A DNA stretch of 64,000 nt from Patescibacteria group bacterium (GTDB lineage: Bacteria > Patescibacteriota > Minisyncoccia > Phycocordibacterales > CAIZLB01): positions 71,650 to 135,649 of the forward strand of contig JAZKJG010000001.1 in NCBI GenBank assembly GCA_040384445.1, written 5' to 3'. This document shows positions 58,699 through 64,000 of the stretch, piece by piece. The notes below the pieces were generated by a model, which was not told the DNA's origin, ran no database searches, and was given only the letters and a program-made list of their open reading frames with translations. Position 1 is the stretch's first letter, and the number at the start of each line of letters is the position of its first letter. A program made the position numbers and the translations under genes.

Positions 58699-58775
58699 CC
58701 ACGCCCCAACCTGCACATCACAGGGAGGGGTTATTTTATTTTCCCATTTACATAAAATATGCTACATATATATGC

Positions 58776-60242
58776 ATGAGTGCCTCTACATATCAGCCGG
58801 TGATTGGTCTTGAAATTCACGCAGAACTTCACACTAAAAGTAAGATGTTTTGTAGTTGTGCAAATGCACCTCTTGAACGAACTCCAAATATTCATATTTG
58901 TCCTATTTGCATGGCTCATCCAGGAACACTTCCTGCACTCAACAAAACCGCAATTGAGCATGTGTTAAAAGTTGGAACAGCATTAAAATCAGAAATTGCT
59001 GATTTTACAGAATGGGATAGAAAAAACTATTTTTACCCAGATATTCCAAAAGGGTATCAGATTAGTCAGTACGCATATCCACTAGTTCAGAAAGGAACAC
59101 TTACTGTAAAAAATGAAAAAGGTATTGATGTTGAAGTAGGTATTACTCGAATTCACCTAGAAGAAGATACGGCGAGATCGAGTCACGATAAAGGTGACTT
59201 TAGTCTTGTTGATTACAATCGTGCGGGTGTGCCGCTTATGGAGCTTGTGACGGAGCCTGTGATTCATGATGCGAAAACAGCAGGAAATTTTGGAAAAGAA
59301 TTGCAGCTTCTTTTGCAAACTCTTGGAGTATCAGAAGCAAACATGGAACTTGGACAAATGCGAGTTGAGGTAAATATTTCAATACATAAAGAAGGAGAAC
59401 CTTGGGGAACAAAAGTTGAGATTAAAAACTTGAACTCATTTAGATCAGCTGAGCGATCTATTGCGTATGAGATTGAGCGACAGGCAGCACTTCTTGATGC
59501 TGGTGAAAAGGTTGTACAGGAAACGAGAGGATTTGAAGATGCGACTGGAAAAACATTTTCACAAAGAAAAAAAGAAAACGCGAACGACTACAGATATTTT
59601 CCAGACCCAGATCTGCCAAAACTGTATATTTCAAAAGTTCCTGAATGGTCACATGAAAATTTGCTTGCCACTCTACCAAAACTTCCTTGGGTTCGAAGAG
59701 GAGAGTACCTTGCTGAAGGAATGAAAGCGGAAGATGCAGAGATGTTTATTTCTGATAAGTTTTATGGTGATTTCTACGAAGCAACCATTACATCACTATC
59801 AAAACCAGATCTTAAGAAACTAGCAATTAACTACATTGCAACTGATATTGCTGGTTTAGTTAAAAAGGAAAATGAACGAGCTGAAACGCTTGATGTATAT
59901 ATTGAGAAAAATCAGTTTGTTGAAATTATTGAAATGATTGATGCAGGGGAGTTGTCTTCTAGAGGGGCTAAAGATTTAATTGCGTTACTGTGGAAAAATG
60001 AAGAACTAAAAAACAAATCTGCTAAAAGTATTGCTGAAGAAAAAGGAATGATTCAGAAAAATGATCCTGAAGCTCTGAAACTTATGATTCAGGGTGTTAT
60101 AGATGCAAATCCAGCACAGGTTGAAGGATTTAAGGCAGGTAAGGAACCTCTTCTTATGTATCTTGTGGGTCAAGTAATGAAAGAGGGAAAGGGTGCTGTG
60201 AATCCTGCAAAAGCACAAGAGATGTTACGAGAGATGTTGTAA
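58776..60242 (+). CDS. gatB: Asp/Glu-tRNA amidotransferase subunit B
   Basis: IGLEIHAEL, RKNYFYPD, DYNRAGVPLME, YRYFPDPD. Confidence 0.97.
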   Translation: MSASTYQPVIGLEIHAELHTKSKMFCSCANAPLERTPNIHICPICMAHPGTLPALNKTAIEHVLKVGTALKSEIADFTEWDRKNYFYPDIPKGYQISQYAYPLVQKGTLTVKNEKGIDVEVGITRIHLEEDTARSSHDKGDFSLVDYNRAGVPLMELVTEPVIHDAKTAGNFGKELQLLLQTLGVSEANMELGQMRVEVNISIHKEGEPWGTKVEIKNLNSFRSAERSIAYEIERQAALLDAGEKVVQETRGFEDATGKTFSQRKKENANDYRYFPDPDLPKLYISKVPEWSHENLLATLPKLPWVRRGEYLAEGMKAEDAEMFISDKFYGDFYEATITSLSKPDLKKLAINYIATDIAGLVKKENERAETLDVYIEKNQFVEIIEMIDAGELSSRGAKDLIALLWKNEELKNKSAKSIAEEKGMIQKNDPEALKLMIQGVIDANPAQVEGFKAGKEPLLMYLVGQVMKEGKGAVNPAKAQEMLREML

Positions 60243-60265
60243 TAGTATATGATATACTTTCTGTC

Positions 60266-61159
60266 ATGGAAGATCCTCTCGTAGTAATGCCACAAAGGTC
60301 AAAAAAATTCACCCAAATGGTGATGACATTTGTTTGTCTCTTTATTGCATATGTTGCCTGGTCTGAGTATCGTGCTTTTATGTTTCAAAGAACTATCAAT
60401 GCATTAGAAGAAGAGAGTCAAAAAAATATTAATAATTTAAAGGCAAGCTCAACCGAATCAACTGAGTCTTTAAATAGTTTATTTACTACTTTAGCACGTG
60501 TTATTGATCAAGAACGGATGAAAAGTAAAAGTCTAGAAGAAAAAGTTGGATCACTCGATAAGTTAAGTAAAAGTGACCCTCAACTTTTGAAAAAATATTC
60601 TAAAGTATATTTTCTAAATGAGAATTATGCTCCTTTAAGTTTGTCTACTATTCCAATAGAAAATGTGTTTAATAAGAAGCAAGAATATCAAGTACATAGT
60701 GATATATTATATTTCTTACAAAACATGTTTAATGCAGCACGAGTTGATGGGATAGATTTGCTTGTAACTTCAGCATATAGATCATTTACAAAACAAGTAG
60801 ACGTAAAAGCAATACACCGAGTGATTTATGGTGTAGGAACTGCAAATCAATTCTCAGCAGAGCAAGGGTTTTCTGAGCATCAACTTGGGACCACTATTGA
60901 TTTTACCACGCAAGAAACAGGCATAAACTTTTCAAAGTTTGAATCAACGAAAGAATTTGAGTGGCTCAAGCAAAATGCTCACAAGTTTGGATTTGTACTC
61001 TCATACCCAAAAGGTAATACATTTTATGCATACGAACCATGGCACTGGAGATTTGTTGGGGTCAATCTCGCAACTGAATTATACGCAAATGAGATGTATT
61101 TTTTTGCGTTAGATCAAAAAGCGATTGATGGATACCTAATCAACATGTTTGATAGATAA
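60266..61159 (+). CDS. M15B (VanY-like) carboxypeptidase
   Basis: SAYRS, SEHQLGTTID, YEPWHWRFVG; TM + coiled coil. Confidence 0.9.
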   Translation: MEDPLVVMPQRSKKFTQMVMTFVCLFIAYVAWSEYRAFMFQRTINALEEESQKNINNLKASSTESTESLNSLFTTLARVIDQERMKSKSLEEKVGSLDKLSKSDPQLLKKYSKVYFLNENYAPLSLSTIPIENVFNKKQEYQVHSDILYFLQNMFNAARVDGIDLLVTSAYRSFTKQVDVKAIHRVIYGVGTANQFSAEQGFSEHQLGTTIDFTTQETGINFSKFESTKEFEWLKQNAHKFGFVLSYPKGNTFYAYEPWHWRFVGVNLATELYANEMYFFALDQKAIDGYLINMFDR

Positions 61160-61215
61160 AGACTGTTTATGTCAATGTGTCTTCGAAGTAGTTGTGTGTG
61201 CTACAATCTGTACAT

Positions 61216-62247
61216 ATGACAAACATCGCAATCAACGGAGCCGGCCGAATCGGTCGAGCTTTTCTTAAATTAGCAGTACAAAATCCAAATCTTAAAGTTG
61301 TAGCGATCAACGATCTTGCAGATATTGAAAATATCGCATACTTGATGAAATATGACTCAGCATACGGACGAAGTAATCTTGACATCAAGGTTGACAAAGT
61401 GGCTTCTACATTTACAATCAACGGTCAAACAGTAAAATACGTTTCAGAAAAAGATCCACTAAACCTCCCTTGGAAAGAGCATAATGTTGATATCGTACTT
61501 GAGTCAACTGGTTTATTTACAAGTTACGAAAAAGCCGCAGCACACATCACAGCAGGAGCAAAGAGAGTTGTGCTTTCAGCACCTGCAAAAGATGATGGAA
61601 CACCAGAATTTCCTGGGGCAACTGTACTTATGGGTGCAAACGAGCAGGTATTTGGAGATAAGACTATTTGCATAACTTCAAATGCATCGTGCACAACGAA
61701 TGCAGCTTCACCTTTAATCCACATTCTTCATGAAGCAATTGGAATCGAGAAAGCTCTTTTAAATACTACTCACGCATACACTGCAAGTCAGTCGCTTGTT
61801 GATGGTCCAAATAAAAAAGATTGGCGAGAAGGACGAGCTGCGGCTATGAACATGGCTCCATCTTCAACAGGGGCTGCGATTGCAACAACAAAAGTTGTAA
61901 CAGATCTTGCTGGAAAGTTTGATGGTATTGCAGTTCGAGTACCGGTGATTGCTGGATCTATTGTTGATGTGACATTTATTTCAAAAAGACCTACAACAAA
62001 AGAAGAGGTGAACATGTTACTACGAGAAGCCGCAAAAGATGCACGATGGAAAAATGTGTTTGATGCATCAGATGAAAGTTTGGTGTCACGAGATATTATT
62101 GGAAATTCGCATGCTTCAATTGCTGATCTTCAGATGACGAGAGTGGTTGATGGAAACCTTGTGAAAGTACTTGCGTGGTATGACAACGAGGCTGGGTATA
62201 CAAATGCGTTGTTGCAGCATGTGGTGAAGGTGAGTGAGAATTTGTAA
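61216..62247 (+). CDS. gap: Glyceraldehyde-3-phosphate dehydrogenase
   Basis: INGAGRIGR, SNASCTTN, WYDNE. Confidence 0.97.
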   Translation: MTNIAINGAGRIGRAFLKLAVQNPNLKVVAINDLADIENIAYLMKYDSAYGRSNLDIKVDKVASTFTINGQTVKYVSEKDPLNLPWKEHNVDIVLESTGLFTSYEKAAAHITAGAKRVVLSAPAKDDGTPEFPGATVLMGANEQVFGDKTICITSNASCTTNAASPLIHILHEAIGIEKALLNTTHAYTASQSLVDGPNKKDWREGRAAAMNMAPSSTGAAIATTKVVTDLAGKFDGIAVRVPVIAGSIVDVTFISKRPTTKEEVNMLLREAAKDARWKNVFDASDESLVSRDIIGNSHASIADLQMTRVVDGNLVKVLAWYDNEAGYTNALLQHVVKVSENL

Positions 62248-62252
62248 AAAAT

Positions 62253-62342
62253 ATGTCAGAACACTACCACAAACTAGTACGAGATAAAATTCCTGAAATA
62301 CTTGATGGTAAAGGTGTGGTGAGAAGGATTAATAAAACCTAG
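62253..62342 (+). pseudogene. 5' remnant of phosphoribosyl-ATP pyrophosphohydrolase/MazG-like gene
   Basis: MSEHYHKLVRDKIPEIL matches the family N-terminal Y.KLVRD.IP motif; stops after 29 aa. Confidence 0.65.
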
Positions 62343-62364
62343 TTTGTGTGCTATATTACCCATA

Positions 62365-62835
62365 ATGATACAACCACAACAAACAACCATCCACATGGCA
62401 ACAGACCATGCAGGTTACACTCTCAAAGAATGTATTAAAACTCACTTAGAAGCAGGGGGATATAAAGTAATTGATCACGGAGCATTTGAATTTGATCCAG
62501 CAGATGACTATCCAGTATTTGTGCAAAAAGCTGCTGAAGAGGTATCAAAAGCAAATGATGACGAAGTCCTTGGGATCGTACTCGGTGGATCAGGGCAAGG
62601 TGAAGCTATAGCTGCATCTCGATTTCCAAACATCAGAACAACAGTGTGTTATGGAACAGGAGACATTGTAAAAGAAGTTCTTGTTGCAGGACGAGCACAT
62701 AACAATGCAAATGTATTATCTATTGGAGCTCGATTCGTAGACAAATCTGAAGTAATTTCATTTGTTGATTTGTGGCTTACGACACCATTTACAAGAGAAG
62801 AGAGACATTTACGACGACTGTCGCAACTTAAATAA
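62365..62835 (+). CDS. rpiB: Ribose-5-phosphate isomerase B
   Basis: DHAG, DDYP, GGSGQGE, HNNANVL, RHLRR. Confidence 0.92.
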   Translation: MIQPQQTTIHMATDHAGYTLKECIKTHLEAGGYKVIDHGAFEFDPADDYPVFVQKAAEEVSKANDDEVLGIVLGGSGQGEAIAASRFPNIRTTVCYGTGDIVKEVLVAGRAHNNANVLSIGARFVDKSEVISFVDLWLTTPFTREERHLRRLSQLK

Positions 62836-62836
62836 T

Positions 62837-63553
62837 ATGGCAACAATACTCCCAGGAATTCTTGAATCATCTTTTGATGATATACAATCTGCAGTTGAAT
62901 CTGTTGCAAGTAGTGTAAAAAAAGTTCACGTTGATATATGTGACGGAGTTTTTGTGCAATCTAAAACATGGCCGTATAGTCATATTAAAACTGGAAGGGT
63001 TGAAGAAAATTATCATATTCAAAAGCTACAAACTGAAGATATGGGATTACCACTTTGGGAAAGGATTGAGTATCAGTTCGATCTCATGATTAAAGATCCT
63101 TGGAGAACTCTTCAACTATGGGCACAGGCAGGAGCAACTTCTGTTGTAATCCATCCAAGTTCAATAGACGGTACAGATAAAGTACAACAGTCTATTTCAA
63201 TTGCTCAAAGCTTACTTATGGATGTATATATTTCATATACATATGATGAATGGAAAGCGGCAGAAAATGTATCAGAAATTCTGACCACATCTGGAGTTGT
63301 CGGAATCCAATGCATGACAATTAAACACATTGGTGTTCAGGGTCAAGATTTTGATGAAAGATGGGACGGGGAACTTGCATCGATTAAAGAAACATACCCA
63401 AATCTTCTTATCCAACTTGATGGGGGAATAGATGAAGATGTTACAAAAAACATAAATATTACTCCAGTGGACAGCTTTGTGATTGGTTCAGCTATATTTA
63501 AAGAGGGGAATGCCGACGAGAATGTAAATTTCTTCAAGCAAATGCTATACTAG
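62837..63553 (+). CDS. rpe: Ribulose-phosphate 3-epimerase
   Basis: HVDICDGVFV, DLMI, G.QGQ.F, DGGI, GSAIF. Confidence 0.85.
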   Translation: MATILPGILESSFDDIQSAVESVASSVKKVHVDICDGVFVQSKTWPYSHIKTGRVEENYHIQKLQTEDMGLPLWERIEYQFDLMIKDPWRTLQLWAQAGATSVVIHPSSIDGTDKVQQSISIAQSLLMDVYISYTYDEWKAAENVSEILTTSGVVGIQCMTIKHIGVQGQDFDERWDGELASIKETYPNLLIQLDGGIDEDVTKNINITPVDSFVIGSAIFKEGNADENVNFFKQMLY

Positions 63554-63557
63554 GAGT

Positions 63558-64000
63558 ATGAATGTTTTAGGAAAAATTATTGCAGTAATTGCATTTGTAT
63601 TAATTATCCTCATATTGGTCAACTACAGATCAATATTACCCCTTTTCGATAATCTTGCATTTGGAGGCGGGTCAAAGACTCCATTCCAGATAAGTGCCTC
63701 ATATATAGAACAAGCAAATCAACTTTCTCCATATAGTAATATGACTGGGACGAGTTCAACAGCTGTTACATATGGAGATTTCTTGGAACAACAACGATCA
63801 GCTAAAAATCCTGCAAAAACTACTATTGTAAAAAGAGGATCTATCACAGTGATCAAACAAGATGCGCTTCTAACGCTTACAACGGAAAATCTGAAACTCC
63901 CAAATTCAAATCCTAAAGTTCACATCTGGTTAACAAACACTCCGACGATTACAGATGACACACGATATATTGATTTTGGTTTAATGCGATCAGGATCACC
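63558..64000 (+). CDS. Membrane-anchored protein, DM13-like, truncated by window end
   Basis: Hand translation MNVLGKIIAVIAFVLII...NPKVHIWLT...YIDFGLMR. Confidence 0.55.
   Translation, partial: MNVLGKIIAVIAFVLIILILVNYRSILPLFDNLAFGGGSKTPFQISASYIEQANQLSPYSNMTGTSSTAVTYGDFLEQQRSAKNPAKTTIVKRGSITVIKQDALLTLTTENLKLPNSNPKVHIWLTNTPTITDDTRYIDFGLMRSGS

Noticed and set aside
3931-58732. Canonical integron attC sites
   Set aside because: Hairpins lack paired RYYYAAC/GTTRRRY boxes and no intI is present; retained only as an analogy.
1-64000. CRISPR array, IS element, prophage, retron or DGR
   Set aside because: No regularly spaced repeats, transposase, integrase, reverse transcriptase or phage structural genes recognised.
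1-64000. Alternative genetic code (TGA=Gly)
   Set aside because: Core genes are intact in code 11, and TGA ends the pilin, pyrE and pyrC genes at expected positions.

Overview
AT-rich bacterial chromosome segment that reads in the standard genetic code. Small orphan genes, a C-terminally shortened AlaRS, a sigma-region-4/HTH protein, pilin-like genes, DprA and the lack of Shine-Dalgarno motifs point to Patescibacteria/CPR, probably Parcubacteria (inference). The core contains a GH8-GT2/GtrA-GT-C glycosylation operon, 4 tRNAs, a Cys-free L36, rpsM-rpsK-rpsD-rpoA-rplQ-rplM-rpsI, grpE-dnaK, asnB, dsbB/dsbA, a ZIP-Fur-YibE/F metal cluster, parB, topA, dprA, serS, hpf, uvrB, pepF, alaS, obg, gatB, gap, rpiB and rpe. 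About 18 compositionally distinct cassettes are interspersed, typically built as promoter + structured leader + ORF + bulged hairpin + T-tract. Neighbouring cassettes share related hairpins, some with compensatory changes. One cassette site is visible both 'empty' (42121-42173) and 'filled' (46650-47590) on either side of a 1478-aa surface-protein gene, with the junctions in hairpin loops. Host genes bordering these sites appear G/T-rich before and C/A-rich after the junction. Other highlights: an unannotated 19-aa Cys-rich peptide behind a Fur-type inverted repeat, extended -10 promoters sitting 6-10 nt from start codons, and recurrent A-[ST]-[ST]-[ST] motifs in exported proteins in a window that also encodes a candidate protein O-glycosyltransferase. 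No integrase, transposase or CRISPR array was seen. All calls are by eye, without database searches.
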